A DNA stretch of 64,000 nucleotides from an uncultured virus (IMG/VR IMGVR_UViG_3300025121_000046) (IMGVR_UViG_3300025121_000046), one strand, 5' to 3'; numbered from the stretch's first letter, positions 49,503 through 60,558 are shown. Notes: generated by a model from the letters alone, not told the origin. Program-made: numbers and translations.

Positions 49503-50473
49503 TATAAATCAGGAACTATCGTTGTCGGTGCACCAAGTGAACTCCATGTTTTGACGACCCATTTAGTATTACTTACTTTTACAGCTTCAAAATAGGATGC
49601 AGTAGCATCACTGAGTTGTAATTCATTACCACCGGTTACTCCATTGATATATTTCGTTCCTGTCTGATCAGTAGGATGAACCCTTAATTCCCCGCCTGTA
49701 TTCAAAGGAGTACCACTTATCATGCCACCAGTAGCAAAGCTTGAAAGAAGAGGAAGGGAAACAATATGATCAGCATTTGTGAATGTGATCACGACATGTT
49801 GTTCTACAGCAGATATTATAGCTGCTCCTCCTCCGGTAGAATTCGCGGTAATGGCAGTAGTTGCACCTTTCTTACCATCTTTAATAAGAAGAGAATCAAT
49901 AGTAACACCAGATCCTGGTGTCTTTTCTGAAACAGTATCTGCCACTAAACCTGATATTGTAAATGTAGCACTATCAGTAGAAATATCCTGATCTCCTCCC
50001 ATTGTAAGCGTGACTGCAGCATCAGTATCATTTTTTAATTTCATTAATCTGCTTGCAGTACCTTCACCCTCTACTTCAAAAGTCTGTTCATCAAGAGTTA
50101 TTGAAGAAGCCGCATCTTCTGCAGCTAAAGTAACACCAAATCCAGCGGTAACGGCAAAATCATCATTAATATCAACTGCTGCACCTGCAATAACATCTAA
50201 TGAGGCCGTTCCATTTGTTATATTAAAAGTGTTAGTTCCACCTGTAATAACAGTAGCTCCACCGTCTTTTAATTTAACACCATCAATGGTTACACCTGCA
50301 TCCGTTGTTTTTTCAGATATCGTATCTACAGTAAATGCTCCTGCTTCTGTAAGAACTGTCTTTAACAGAGCAATAAGATTATTCCAAAATCCAGATCTTA
50401 CAACAAATCCATTATCCGGATTACTGTTGAATTTACTGGCATTATCTCTACTAATCGACTCAAGGTTTGCCAT
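49502..50473 (-). CDS. Fibre-like structural protein
   Basis: Internal duplication DTISEKTTDAGVTIDGVKLKDG / DTVSEKTPGSGVTIDSLLIKDG; beta-rich. Confidence 0.55.
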   Translation of the reverse strand: MANLESISRDNASKFNSNPDNGFVVRSGFWNNLIALLKTVLTEAGAFTVDTISEKTTDAGVTIDGVKLKDGGATVITGGTNTFNITNGTASLDVIAGAAVDINDDFAVTAGFGVTLAAEDAASSITLDEQTFEVEGEGTASRLMKLKNDTDAAVTLTMGGDQDISTDSATFTISGLVADTVSEKTPGSGVTIDSLLIKDGKKGATTAITANSTGGGAAIISAVEQHVVITFTNADHIVSLPLLSSFATGGMISGTPLNTGGELRVHPTDQTGTKYINGVTGGNELQLSDATASYFEAVKVSNTKWVVKTWSSLGAPTTIVPDL

Positions 50474-50478
50474 GACTT

Positions 50479-51363
50479 TTAGTTTTTAGTTATTAATTTT
50501 AATTTTGCTTCTTCAAGAAATAATGATACAGCCTGATCAAGAATACTATCATGAAGATATGCAGGAAAATCAGGAGTATCTGTTAATCCCCAGGGATAAC
50601 CAACAACGATCTGCTCATCATCATAAGTGATAGTATTATACCCCGCTACCTTTAGTACTTTATCTCCGGGTTTGAATGTAGTAGCAACCCCAACAGAATT
50701 AACATATGTCATCCTTGCCTTTGCAAGAAAATAAGATCCATTGGTTATTGCACTTATACTTAGATTACCGGTACCAACGCCGGATAATTCAGTGTATAAA
50801 AAATCAAGTTTATATGGTTTTCTGAGGTAAGTCAATACTCCTGCAGTAAGAGATGTAGTATATGCATCCCCAATAAGCATAATATAATAAGGATCTTCCC
50901 ATACAGATATAGGTTTTGGATACATGACCTTATCAGATGTATTGCTTATGACTCTCTGTGCCTGACGGCGTGACATCCATTCTGCAAACATACTCTGATC
51001 AGTCATCGGATATATCTCTGTCCGGGTTACAGTACAAACAAGACTTATAGGAATAAGTATATCATCAGGCGTACGATATCTCTGGCCCCTGGTAGACCAG
51101 TTATATTCAGCAAGATCTTTAGCTGCTGTTAATGCCCCATTGGGGATAATAAGATTATGCAGTTCATCTATATTAAGATCTATGGCGCTTAGTCTTTGTT
51201 CATATGTCGGAAGTGCCAGGTATTTCTTTTCAAGATACCTGTCAATAGATCTGTTGAGGTAATTACATATAGTGAATGTATCAGGCCTTTGCTGAACCTC
51301 AAAAACAGGATTAGTATCCTGTATCTTCTGCTGGAACAATATTTGTAACTCCGTGAGATTCAT
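50479..51363 (-). CDS. Tail ring protein paralogue with insertion
   Basis: 'YLNRSID', 'TYLRKP', 'DFPAYLHDSILDQAV' ring-family motifs with an extra segment between YLRKP and the C-terminal helix. Confidence 0.7.
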   Translation of the reverse strand: MNLTELQILFQQKIQDTNPVFEVQQRPDTFTICNYLNRSIDRYLEKKYLALPTYEQRLSAIDLNIDELHNLIIPNGALTAAKDLAEYNWSTRGQRYRTPDDILIPISLVCTVTRTEIYPMTDQSMFAEWMSRRQAQRVISNTSDKVMYPKPISVWEDPYYIMLIGDAYTTSLTAGVLTYLRKPYKLDFLYTELSGVGTGNLSISAITNGSYFLAKARMTYVNSVGVATTFKPGDKVLKVAGYNTITYDDEQIVVGYPWGLTDTPDFPAYLHDSILDQAVSLFLEEAKLKLITKN

Positions 51364-52031
51364 TAGTTCGATTTAATTTTTTCTTCCTGTACACTTGTCT
51401 GCCAGCGTGGATCCTGTATTGCCTGCAGTGCCTGTCTTACTGCCATATCAATGATCTCCTGATGTGTATGCGCGGGAAGATCACATGATCCTGATGAAGC
51501 AAGCGCCATGGGTGTCTTTATATAATTTAAAAGTAATGCCGTGTTTGTGGTAAATCTGTCTATTATCAGTTTTGCATATGTACCGGAAATAGACAGATAT
51601 GGTTTAATGAAATGAGTTTTGTTTGTTGTCGTGTTAATGAACTTTGATACATCTTCACTCTTTATAAAGTTACATTCAAATCCCTCTGATGCTAAAACAA
51701 GAGGATATGTTGACCTGGTACATGTAGCAAATGCCTTTATCGCGAACATAAAGTTTGCAGGTAATGTATATTGTCTTGCTCCATGACTGTCATTAGAGAC
51801 ATATGTAAGAGCAAGGTTTGTTACAATGGTTCGGAGATCAGCAACCCGCCTCTGGTTATCTTCAAAGGCAGGTGGCTGAAAATTTTGTCCGAACATACGA
51901 TCTTTGATAAAATCATCCTGAGCATTATTAAGGAATACCAATATCTCTGCGGTCTGGTATCCCGGAGCCGAGAAACTGGTTATCCTGTCATAATACAACA
52001 GGAAGGATTCTATCATCTGATCGACAGTCAT
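51363..52031 (-). CDS. Tail ring protein
   Basis: 'APGY...EILVFLNNAQD', 'FEDNQRRVADL', 'YIKTP', 'CDLPAHTHQEIIDMAV' crAss ring-family motifs. Confidence 0.75.
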   Translation of the reverse strand: MTVDQMIESFLLYYDRITSFSAPGYQTAEILVFLNNAQDDFIKDRMFGQNFQPPAFEDNQRRVADLRTIVTNLALTYVSNDSHGARQYTLPANFMFAIKAFATCTRSTYPLVLASEGFECNFIKSEDVSKFINTTTNKTHFIKPYLSISGTYAKLIIDRFTTNTALLLNYIKTPMALASSGSCDLPAHTHQEIIDMAVRQALQAIQDPRWQTSVQEEKIKSN

Positions 52032-52993
52032 TATTCAACGTTTTCAATTTGATGTTTTAACTTCATACGTACATCCTGGTTCTTGGGATCATCAAGAAAG
52101 TCGATAAGATCTTCAATTGTTCCTATCGGATGATCAGACCCGGGAAGAGAATACAGATGCCTGTTACGCTGCAGGGAGCCATTAGCTATTGACTTTTGGA
52201 TCAACAGTTTTAAAGTATAGAAGTCATCATTGAGAATCGAAAGATAGGTCTTAAGATCATCTTCAATAATTTGTCCTATAGCTTTTCTTAACTGGTCAAG
52301 TGTAGCATTACGCGGTGGCTGCTTGGCATCTTTTTTAGTAAGATAGTAAACATACAGGAAGTCCTTCATCTTATCAAGGCTCGAATCCATCTTGCCAAAG
52401 AGAATATATGCATTCTTCTTCTCTTCCAGGTTGCTGACATCGTCCAAAAGCTCTTCTCCTTCTTCCACAAGCGCGAACTTGTACGTCCCACGATCAAATC
52501 TCGAACTCCAGTTTGGAGCAATGCGATCTGTATCGGAACGGAGAACAAGAAAATTGATAAGATCTTCAATCCTGTCAAGATGAAGATGCAGTCCATTACG
52601 ATCAAGAGTAACTGTCTTTCCTCTCCAGAAACATTTTGGAGTATAAAGATTGAGTTTCTTTATATCTTCAAGACCAAGTTCTTCAGCAAGAAGAACAACA
52701 TCCTCTTTAGTAAACTCCGGCATAGGATTGGCAAGTATGTTCCCTTTTAACACTGGTACTACAATACCTATCTTTGCTCCATCATTCATGAAAGAAGAAT
52801 CATGGTCGCTTGTCACCCATTGTCCTTTACGGCGAATAGGTCTTACGACATATCTCTTCTCTCGCAGATTCCTGACCTTTATTGAATAAGGTCTTTCCAT
52901 TTCAAGTACTTCATTTAGTACATCAGGCTCAGGAGCCAGCGTAGATTTTACGCCGGCTTTTCCTTTACCTGTATTGCCTCTTTTTGTTTCCAT
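52031..52993 (-). CDS. Conserved crAss-like protein downstream of the capsid gene
   Basis: 320 aa; 'FW....V.L....L.L....D.I....L', 'IAP.W', 'AYILFGKM' pattern; conserved position after MCP. Confidence 0.65.
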   Translation of the reverse strand: METKRGNTGKGKAGVKSTLAPEPDVLNEVLEMERPYSIKVRNLREKRYVVRPIRRKGQWVTSDHDSSFMNDGAKIGIVVPVLKGNILANPMPEFTKEDVVLLAEELGLEDIKKLNLYTPKCFWRGKTVTLDRNGLHLHLDRIEDLINFLVLRSDTDRIAPNWSSRFDRGTYKFALVEEGEELLDDVSNLEEKKNAYILFGKMDSSLDKMKDFLYVYYLTKKDAKQPPRNATLDQLRKAIGQIIEDDLKTYLSILNDDFYTLKLLIQKSIANGSLQRNRHLYSLPGSDHPIGTIEDLIDFLDDPKNQDVRMKLKHQIENVE

Positions 52994-53026
52994 GCTTTTA
53001 GTCTCCTAACTAATTTATAGATTCAG

Positions 53027-54511
53027 TTAATTCAATACGCTTGGTTTAATGGTAGCGCACCTGGTAGGATCGTTAACCAGACAACCGCCAACGAATGCAC
53101 GGTGGAATGTGTAGCCATCTTCAGGAGAAGACATGAATCTCCGTGGTCCCTGTGCCTGGAACGGATCTCTCAAACCGGGTTGATAACCCATGAAATCTTC
53201 CATTCCTTCATTATATACAGGACGGATATTATCCTCTCCACCGGTACGTCCAACATTAAGGATCTGGTATACATAACTCTGTGCAACACCTTTTCCGGAT
53301 GGATGCATGATCTTATTACGTTCCCTGTCATCAAATGTTGAATCAACCATGACACCAAGTTGTGTTCCATCAGGACCCCAGTATTCTACATAGTTCTCAT
53401 GATATCCCCAGCCATTACCGGATTTATATTTCTCATCTCCGGAATAGAAAGGTGTATAGAGAGTAGTATAGTTCTTGATTGCCTTATGGAAGTTATATGC
53501 TCCCCACTTACCGGTACGCATGATCACTTTTCTTGTCTGACCATAACCACCTTTAGTATCATCGGTAAGATCCATGATAGCTTCGGTAAGCCATTCGATA
53601 TCAACATCAAAATCATTGTAATAAAGAACATTCGATGCTTCAATCTGCTGTTCGAGGCCGGCACCCTGTTCGATCTTGAACCCGCTGTAACCAATTTGCT
53701 TGAAAGTACCATCGTCTGCACGGTTGGTAGTTGCAAAGTTGATCAGCTTATCCTTCATATCCTGGAACTGTGTTTCAAATTCCCAGTCTGCATACTGAGT
53801 CCATGTAGTCATGATTTTCTCTTTGCCATTCGAATCCATTGCCTTCCATGAGAAAGCTACCGGCCTTGAGATCATATTACCTGGTCTGGTGTCCTGCATC
53901 CTGATCATCGAGAAGGTGTTCTTCATCGAGAAAGGACTGGTATAGTTCGGGGTTCCACCTTTTATTGATAGTGTCTTTTCAACAATGGACCATTCTTTTG
54001 AAAACCTTTTTCCGGCTACGAGTTCATCGTAAGGAATATAGAGATCAGTGTCTCCTGTGAAAAGTTCGCATTCATAATCCCACATGGTCCCGTTTGGAAC
54101 CGGTATAGCTACAATCCTGATCGGGTATACAGAATTCTTTTCACCAACTATCAGGTTAGTGTCTGAGAAATACTGTTCCGGGAATGTAAGAGTAAACCTT
54201 GCACTGCTACGGCCAACCTGTGAGGTTGCAGAAATAGCACTGCCATTTACTGTACAAGCAATCAAAGGCACGTTCTTTTTTGAAGAACCCTGTAGCCTCC
54301 AACGAAAATCGTCATCTGTCTTTAAGGTCAGAGGACTGAATTTCTGAAGAACAAGACCGAAGTTTGTTCCCCTGTTGGCGCGATACAGCATGTTGATCAT
54401 CTGGCTCGTGTCCTGTGGTTTGTTTTGATAGATCGCACCCAAGTGGTTTTTGGTTGTTAAACCAGACCAGTCTTTGGGTTCATACTCCTGAAGTGGTGAT
54501 ACTCGTTGCAT
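53027..54511 (-). CDS. Major capsid protein (crAss-like, HK97 fold)
   Basis: 494 aa; 'WSGLTTKNHLGA', 'FRWRLQG', 'MKNTFSMIR', 'GAGLEQQI', 'DPTRCA' crAss MCP motifs; follows portal and scaffold-like gene. Confidence 0.9.
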   Translation of the reverse strand: MQRVSPLQEYEPKDWSGLTTKNHLGAIYQNKPQDTSQMINMLYRANRGTNFGLVLQKFSPLTLKTDDDFRWRLQGSSKKNVPLIACTVNGSAISATSQVGRSSARFTLTFPEQYFSDTNLIVGEKNSVYPIRIVAIPVPNGTMWDYECELFTGDTDLYIPYDELVAGKRFSKEWSIVEKTLSIKGGTPNYTSPFSMKNTFSMIRMQDTRPGNMISRPVAFSWKAMDSNGKEKIMTTWTQYADWEFETQFQDMKDKLINFATTNRADDGTFKQIGYSGFKIEQGAGLEQQIEASNVLYYNDFDVDIEWLTEAIMDLTDDTKGGYGQTRKVIMRTGKWGAYNFHKAIKNYTTLYTPFYSGDEKYKSGNGWGYHENYVEYWGPDGTQLGVMVDSTFDDRERNKIMHPSGKGVAQSYVYQILNVGRTGGEDNIRPVYNEGMEDFMGYQPGLRDPFQAQGPRRFMSSPEDGYTFHRAFVGGCLVNDPTRCATIKPSVLN

Positions 54512-54536
54512 TTTTATTTAATTTAGAACGATTAAG

Positions 54537-55838
54537 TTACATGTTAATAAACTGTTGTGGAAATTGAAAGTCATCCTTTTCCTCTTTTTCTCCTTTACCC
54601 TTATTTACTTCAGAGCCTGGCTTCCCTACAGTTCTTCTCTCTCCATTGAGGATACTTCCAAGACGTTTTGTAGCTGAAGTCTCAACTTTTTTAGTAAAGA
54701 CATCGAATGCCCCGTCTTTAATCTTGTCATCAAAGAATCCATTTTTGATAAAGTAAGCCAGGCGCAGTTCAAAAGCAAGAGGGTTCTTTGCTCTTTGGGC
54801 CATTGCAGCACTCATGGGGATCTTCTCTCCTTGTTTATTAGTAAAATAAACAGGAACAGTAAGTGACTTGATGAGTTCTTTCTTTTCTTCTTCTGTTACT
54901 TCAATTCCAGGGATGATCTCTTTGGTTGCTTTTACTGCAGACTGAACAGACTCTTTTGTCTTTCTGATGGATTCATCTTTTGCAGTCTTTTGTCTTTCTG
55001 CCTGAATCCTCATCTCTTTTCTCTCTTCTTCGATGGTACTCTGGATCTCTCCAAGTCCTTCTGTAGCTTCCTCGAGAAGATCTTCCTTTTCTTTAGCTAT
55101 AGCTACCATCTTGTTGATTTTTGCTTCAGAGAATCCCTTTAATGTCAAAAGGTCCTTGTAGACCTGTTCCTGAAGTTTCTCATCTTCTGCAAGGGATTTC
55201 TTTGTAATGGATCCGTATCTTTCTTCAAGGCTATAATTATCAGCCAGTGATTCAAATGGAATTCCCTTTTCAAGATCGGCAATAAACTTAACAGCTTTAT
55301 CACCTATTGTAGATTTGTATTCTTCTACACCTTCCTGAATAGACTCATCGATTTGTGTCTGTATGTGCTCATTAAGTTTTATGATTGCCGCTACAGGTTC
55401 CAGACCATCAAGGCTTTTTAAATCAAAGTTTGGGAGTACGCCGTGTTCCAGAAGAGCCGCAGCATGGAGATAGACAGGAGATTCGTTCCCTTCATCTGGC
55501 GCACCCCCGCCCTTTTTGTCTTTCCCTGGTTTAACTGTGTCCTTCTTATTGTCATCATCATCAGGATTTTCATTATCCTGTACGTCTACGATTAATGTAT
55601 CGTCTTTAGCTTTCTTCCCGGGTTCGGATTTATCCTTCACGGGTTTTTGACCTTTACCTGGTGCTCCACCACCTGGTTGCCCTTTTATCTTTTCATCGTC
55701 ACCTGGTTCATCCCCGACACTTAATTCATCGTCAAGTTCATCTGTTACAGGTTGATCGACATCAAGAAGAGCACTCTCAAAACCGGATATATCCATGTTC
55801 TGAAAGAGATCGTCATTGTCATTTTGCTGCTTTCCCAT
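54537..55838 (-). CDS. Acidic scaffolding-like protein
   Basis: 433 aa, acidic disordered N-terminus, coiled-coil middle, between portal and MCP. Confidence 0.65.
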   Translation of the reverse strand: MGKQQNDNDDLFQNMDISGFESALLDVDQPVTDELDDELSVGDEPGDDEKIKGQPGGGAPGKGQKPVKDKSEPGKKAKDDTLIVDVQDNENPDDDDNKKDTVKPGKDKKGGGAPDEGNESPVYLHAAALLEHGVLPNFDLKSLDGLEPVAAIIKLNEHIQTQIDESIQEGVEEYKSTIGDKAVKFIADLEKGIPFESLADNYSLEERYGSITKKSLAEDEKLQEQVYKDLLTLKGFSEAKINKMVAIAKEKEDLLEEATEGLGEIQSTIEEERKEMRIQAERQKTAKDESIRKTKESVQSAVKATKEIIPGIEVTEEEKKELIKSLTVPVYFTNKQGEKIPMSAAMAQRAKNPLAFELRLAYFIKNGFFDDKIKDGAFDVFTKKVETSATKRLGSILNGERRTVGKPGSEVNKGKGEKEEKDDFQFPQQFINM

Positions 55839-55862
55839 TTAAAATTCTCCTTTAAATTAATA

Positions 55863-55894
55863 CAAGTTTAGAAATTAGATTAATACCAGACAAG
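55863..55894 (-). promoter_or_regulatory. Degenerate Bacteroidota-type promoter upstream of scaffold/MCP operon
   Basis: CTTG-N20-TAAACTTG on the minus strand in the portal-scaffold gap (one mismatch per box). Confidence 0.4.
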
Positions 55895-55966
55895 AGTATC
55901 ACCATACACGAGTCTTTTTAAAAAAATACTTCTATAGATAAAAACTATAAAATTAAATTTTATAAA

Positions 55967-58420
55967 TTATTTTTTTATAGTTGCAGGTTTTGGTCTTGAT
56001 CTCGCGATTTTCTCAGCACTCTGAACCTGCATTCGCACGATATTTCTTTGTTCTTTAAGTTTCTCATTGAACTGTCGGATCTTCTCTTTCATCTCTTCTT
56101 TACGCTGCGCGAGCTGCAGGCGAAGCTTTTCAAGTTCAAACTCGCGTTTTTCTGATTCATCATCCGTGATCTTACCGAGATCCTTATCTTCTCCAAGCTT
56201 AGCGTATTCAACTTCTATCTGCATCTCTTTCATGTAGATCTCAGCATCAAGCCGGTTATTCTCAATTCTTTCTGCCTGTTCAAGTTTCATGAGTTCAAGT
56301 TCATTCAATGCCTGTTGAATTCTTTCCTGGCTTTCAAGTTGTTCTTTACGTACATCATCTTCTCTTTGATTGCGTTGTTCTTCACTATCTTCAAGTTTAC
56401 GGATCATACCAGCGACACTTGTATCACGATATATTGTAAATAGATCTTTAAATGTAGCCTTGTCATTCTGAAGAGCTGCAAGAGATAATTGTTTTATCGC
56501 TGCTATGAGTTCTGCATCATTCTGTCCATCGGATATATAATAGCCATAATCCGTTTCAGCAAACTTCCTTCCGTCAACTTCAAAGAGATGTGTTATCATA
56601 CCATCATCAACATACTGAAGTTTTTTAATATTCTCTCCTGTTGCATTCTTCCATGCATACTTGGCTGTCTCAAGAAGACATTCAAGTACACGAAGTTTTG
56701 TATTATCGTGTACCCTAAACCATTCTTCAGTAATATGTGAGCTCTGGGTAACGGATCTTTCTACTCCTCCATATGTTTCCCTGTTATCAATCTGTCCTTC
56801 GCGTTGAGGAGTAATACCGGCTACTTCACCAAGTTCATTTTTTACATATTGTGCCAGTTTAAGATTAGCAAGAATAACTTCTGAACTATTGAGATTAAGA
56901 ACATTGGAATTCCTTTGTTTTATCGTAGACAACAATTTACCCTGGGCAATACCTTTTTTACCTTCCTTGAACGAATCAGTGACCATGTATCCATTGGCCT
57001 CTGCATACATCATTACAAGTTCCTCATCCCATCCATCAGGAATCTCTGCCAGGTCCAGTTCTGCAATAACTCCTTTATTACGTGCCGATGCAAGTTCCGT
57101 CCTGCGCATGTATACATTATAAAGGTATTTATATGGTTTAACACGGTCCATAAGCGATACACCTGTGCCTCCACCTATCGAATATATTGTTCCTATATAT
57201 GGCGGAAGACATATTGACGGATTGGAAAACTTACTTCCTATCCTGGGAAGAGACTCAATACGCTTATACATATCAACTCCTATCTTATGCCCCTGCCACC
57301 ATTCATTTATCCATCTCCAATCGATCTTCCAGCCAAGATTCTTAAACTGATCGATAGGGAAGTTCTCATCAACGATAGTCTCCTGTTCATCTCCTTTAGG
57401 ATCATAATATGTCAATCTCCCTATCTTACGTCTGCTCTTCCATACAATCTTCGCAACGAAGATATTTCCTTCTGAATCAAACTGTCCACCAAAGTTACGG
57501 GCATCAGGACCATCAACAGTAATAAGTTGTGTGGCACCAAGACCACGAACATTAGGTTCATCTCTGTCAACGGGTCCACTGAATACTATGTTTGATGCAA
57601 ATCTATTTTCCCGGGCTCCTATTTCCAAGGTGTCAATCTCATCAGAAGTAAGGACATCCCAATAATCATCAATAACCTTCCCGATAGGAACATAACCGCT
57701 GTCAATGATTATCTCTGAATCCTCTATCTTATAACTATCTCCTCCTCCAAATGTTGATATATTAAGTACATTCCGTTTACTGACAACCGGTTCTCCATGC
57801 AGTATTGGCACCTCATATATTTCCTCGGCACCAACAAGAACATCATAAAAAGCATCTGAGAATATGTTCTTAAGCTTTTGAGTGTACCAGAAATAATCAA
57901 GGATCCGTTGGCCCATCACTTCACCGTAATCCTGGTATTCATAATTATGATAATGTTGTAATTGTTTTAACCTTCGGGCAACCTGTTCCTCATTATATCC
58001 ACCACTGGTTATCTCCTGGGAAATAAGACCAAAGACCTGTTCCCTCATCATGAACTCTTTCTCACTGACAACATCCGGGTTAACACTTCGTAATCGCCAT
58101 TCAAACCTGCGCTTCCCCTCTTCTCCTTTTAGTACATTGAACTTTGTCAGTTCGATAGGATAGTTCTGGATCTTTGCAGGAAAGTTAACTCCTTTTATTC
58201 CCATAGGATTAAATGCCTTCTCTATGTCACTCTCATCAATGATCCCATTTATAAGATCATAGTTGATCTGTTTTGCAACCCGGGATTTACGAATCTTACT
58301 TGTATCGCCATTGGTTATTGTCAGGCCAGCCTCAATACATTCCTTACCCCATTCTTCTGTTTTTTCACGAAGTAGTTTTTTCTGAGAAGGAAATTGGTAA
58401 ATAGTCATTGTAGTTGCCAT
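55967..58420 (-). CDS. Portal protein
   Basis: 817 aa; 'NYDLING', 'IQNYPI...L.GEE.KR', 'VWKSRRKIG', 'WINEWWQG', 'SLMDRVKPYKYLYN', 'GITPQREG' crAss portal motifs. Confidence 0.9.
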   Translation of the reverse strand: MATTMTIYQFPSQKKLLREKTEEWGKECIEAGLTITNGDTSKIRKSRVAKQINYDLINGIIDESDIEKAFNPMGIKGVNFPAKIQNYPIELTKFNVLKGEEGKRRFEWRLRSVNPDVVSEKEFMMREQVFGLISQEITSGGYNEEQVARRLKQLQHYHNYEYQDYGEVMGQRILDYFWYTQKLKNIFSDAFYDVLVGAEEIYEVPILHGEPVVSKRNVLNISTFGGGDSYKIEDSEIIIDSGYVPIGKVIDDYWDVLTSDEIDTLEIGARENRFASNIVFSGPVDRDEPNVRGLGATQLITVDGPDARNFGGQFDSEGNIFVAKIVWKSRRKIGRLTYYDPKGDEQETIVDENFPIDQFKNLGWKIDWRWINEWWQGHKIGVDMYKRIESLPRIGSKFSNPSICLPPYIGTIYSIGGGTGVSLMDRVKPYKYLYNVYMRRTELASARNKGVIAELDLAEIPDGWDEELVMMYAEANGYMVTDSFKEGKKGIAQGKLLSTIKQRNSNVLNLNSSEVILANLKLAQYVKNELGEVAGITPQREGQIDNRETYGGVERSVTQSSHITEEWFRVHDNTKLRVLECLLETAKYAWKNATGENIKKLQYVDDGMITHLFEVDGRKFAETDYGYYISDGQNDAELIAAIKQLSLAALQNDKATFKDLFTIYRDTSVAGMIRKLEDSEEQRNQREDDVRKEQLESQERIQQALNELELMKLEQAERIENNRLDAEIYMKEMQIEVEYAKLGEDKDLGKITDDESEKREFELEKLRLQLAQRKEEMKEKIRQFNEKLKEQRNIVRMQVQSAEKIARSRPKPATIKK

Positions 58421-58431
58421 TGCAGTATGGT

Positions 58432-60558
58432 TTAATTTTTATTACGATTTTCTAACTGAAGTCTTTTATTGATTGTTGAGAATGGATTCGATTCCTGTTT
58501 CAGTTTTTCCTGGAACATCTCCATCCTTTTAAAGAAAGGGCTTAAAGCATCTTGTGGTTTCTTATCCATGTCATCAGGGTGAATATGCTGCATGTCCTCT
58601 TTAAGTATCATAAGCATCTGTAAAGCATCAACCCTATCAAAGTTACCCTTTGGATTCCAATATATTAACTCCTGTAATAAAGGAATTGAACGGATTCTAT
58701 GGAGATTTAATATTTCACTACCAGGTTCTATAGATGTTGTCAGCCAGATAAGTATTTGTTCTCTTCCCCATTTCTGTATAGGAGCCGTTCCTGGCGTTCC
58801 TTTACCTCTGTTTAACAGAGACTTATCGAATATCTTATCAACGATTATCTTGGGAGTATCACATAGTAAATGTGCTGAGTGTCTGTTATTTAAATATGTA
58901 AATAAACCTTTCCAGTTATTTTCATAGTTACAAATAGCTCTGTAATAGATTAGTAACCTTCTTACTCCTTCATAATATTCATTTGCAGTGGAGGGACGAC
59001 CGGTATATTCTGCAACTATCCTCTCCGTAATCCGGTTCATTATGAATGTACTACCAAGAGAATCAGTAGTACTCTTATCATGATCATAAGTATCATTACC
59101 GGCAATATATATACCCCATGGAATAACACCATCTATAATAACCGGTTGTTCGTATATTATTATTGCACCCTGCAGATTGCGTTTATCAAGTTCCGGGAAC
59201 CTTCTTATAGGATGAAGATCGGCACTTGGTTTCCATTCTATCTTTTGTGTCTCTTCATTTATCTCAAGAAAACCAACATATTCCTGTTCTTCATATTTTT
59301 CAGGATTAGAAGTAAGATGATTAAGATGATGTTTAAGATCATTGATAGGAAAGATAGTCCCACCAATACGCATAACAGCTTCCTGGGGTGTACGTGGTTC
59401 TTCTGCAATGAATCTTATAATGGTTTCAGGGTTCTTTGTTGCTTTAATAATCTTATTCCTTGAATGATCAACCATCTCCCTGGCAATATCTTTTAATGAA
59501 TTTCCATCCTTATCCATTGCTCCTTCAAGATTCTGTTCAATAGAAACAAAATGACCACACTTACTATTCAAAGATCCTTCATCCCATATATTAGGAACCT
59601 GATGAATATTATATGCATCACCCTGGTAGAATAACTGTTCAAGTCCCATAAAATCAGAGTCTTCCGTACCCCCGGTCCCAAAACTTACGGCTAAACCATG
59701 AGTAAGACGACCCTGTTGCATGCTTTTTAACGAGATGTTCCATGCCTGAAGAAGATTAGGATTCTTACCCGATTCCTCATAGATCAAAAGTTTACCACCC
59801 TTCCCCCTTACTTTTTGATAATCATTCTTCATTGAGATACCCATTATTTCACTCTTGAATCCTTTCTCAATCTTAAGACCTTTCTGATCTACTATATAAG
59901 ATGATCTCTTATACATTGTAGTATCATGCTTCTGTCTTCTTTTTCCCCAGGGTGTATGTTGTTCGATATGATCCATCATCTCCCATGCTTTTGAGAGAAG
60001 ACCATCTTCAATAAGGAATGCTTTATCATCTGCAAATACAAAACTCTTGGATCCTGGAATAAGATAATAGTTCCTATCGCACATTGAACCAGCCTTGTAA
60101 CTATATCCTCTACGTCTTGATTTAATTACAACGCCATGTTCACCATTTGCTTCTGCATCATCAAGATACCAGAAATACTGATAATCACCATCCCAGAAAT
60201 CAGGAAGAGTAAAAACACGATCTGCTTTTGCCTGTTGGTAAAGTTTAGCGACTGCATCCTGATCCGTTTCATCATCAGGAATATCAATTTCTATAGCTTT
60301 ATAAATAGGACTGTAATTAAGGTAGAAATAAAAATAGCCGGGGATCTTATCCCGGCCTATATCATATCCATATACTGATCGTCTTGCTTCTTCTTCCCAG
60401 AATTTATAATACCTGGATGACGGATGATCATTTACAGGATAGTTAGTATATCTTTCAAACTCGTTAAAATGTAAAGCGCTCTCGCGCCATACCTCAGTAT
60501 TATAGTGTAATGTATTCTTAAAATAACCTGTTTCTATAATTGCCTTGTTGTCATCCAT
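58432..60558 (-). CDS. terL: Terminase large subunit
   Basis: KSRRRGYSY (Walker A-like), LIYEESGK (Walker B), FGTGG, nuclease motifs AGNDTYD and GNFDRVDA. Confidence 0.93.
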   Translation of the reverse strand: MDDNKAIIETGYFKNTLHYNTEVWRESALHFNEFERYTNYPVNDHPSSRYYKFWEEEARRSVYGYDIGRDKIPGYFYFYLNYSPIYKAIEIDIPDDETDQDAVAKLYQQAKADRVFTLPDFWDGDYQYFWYLDDAEANGEHGVVIKSRRRGYSYKAGSMCDRNYYLIPGSKSFVFADDKAFLIEDGLLSKAWEMMDHIEQHTPWGKRRQKHDTTMYKRSSYIVDQKGLKIEKGFKSEIMGISMKNDYQKVRGKGGKLLIYEESGKNPNLLQAWNISLKSMQQGRLTHGLAVSFGTGGTEDSDFMGLEQLFYQGDAYNIHQVPNIWDEGSLNSKCGHFVSIEQNLEGAMDKDGNSLKDIAREMVDHSRNKIIKATKNPETIIRFIAEEPRTPQEAVMRIGGTIFPINDLKHHLNHLTSNPEKYEEQEYVGFLEINEETQKIEWKPSADLHPIRRFPELDKRNLQGAIIIYEQPVIIDGVIPWGIYIAGNDTYDHDKSTTDSLGSTFIMNRITERIVAEYTGRPSTANEYYEGVRRLLIYYRAICNYENNWKGLFTYLNNRHSAHLLCDTPKIIVDKIFDKSLLNRGKGTPGTAPIQKWGREQILIWLTTSIEPGSEILNLHRIRSIPLLQELIYWNPKGNFDRVDALQMLMILKEDMQHIHPDDMDKKPQDALSPFFKRMEMFQEKLKQESNPFSTINKRLQLENRNKN

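Noticed and set aside
58432..60558. Intein or intron in terminase, portal or MCP (common in crAss-like phages)
   Set aside because: Lengths and motif spacing look ordinary; no HN-C/S/T junction or endonuclease motif seen.
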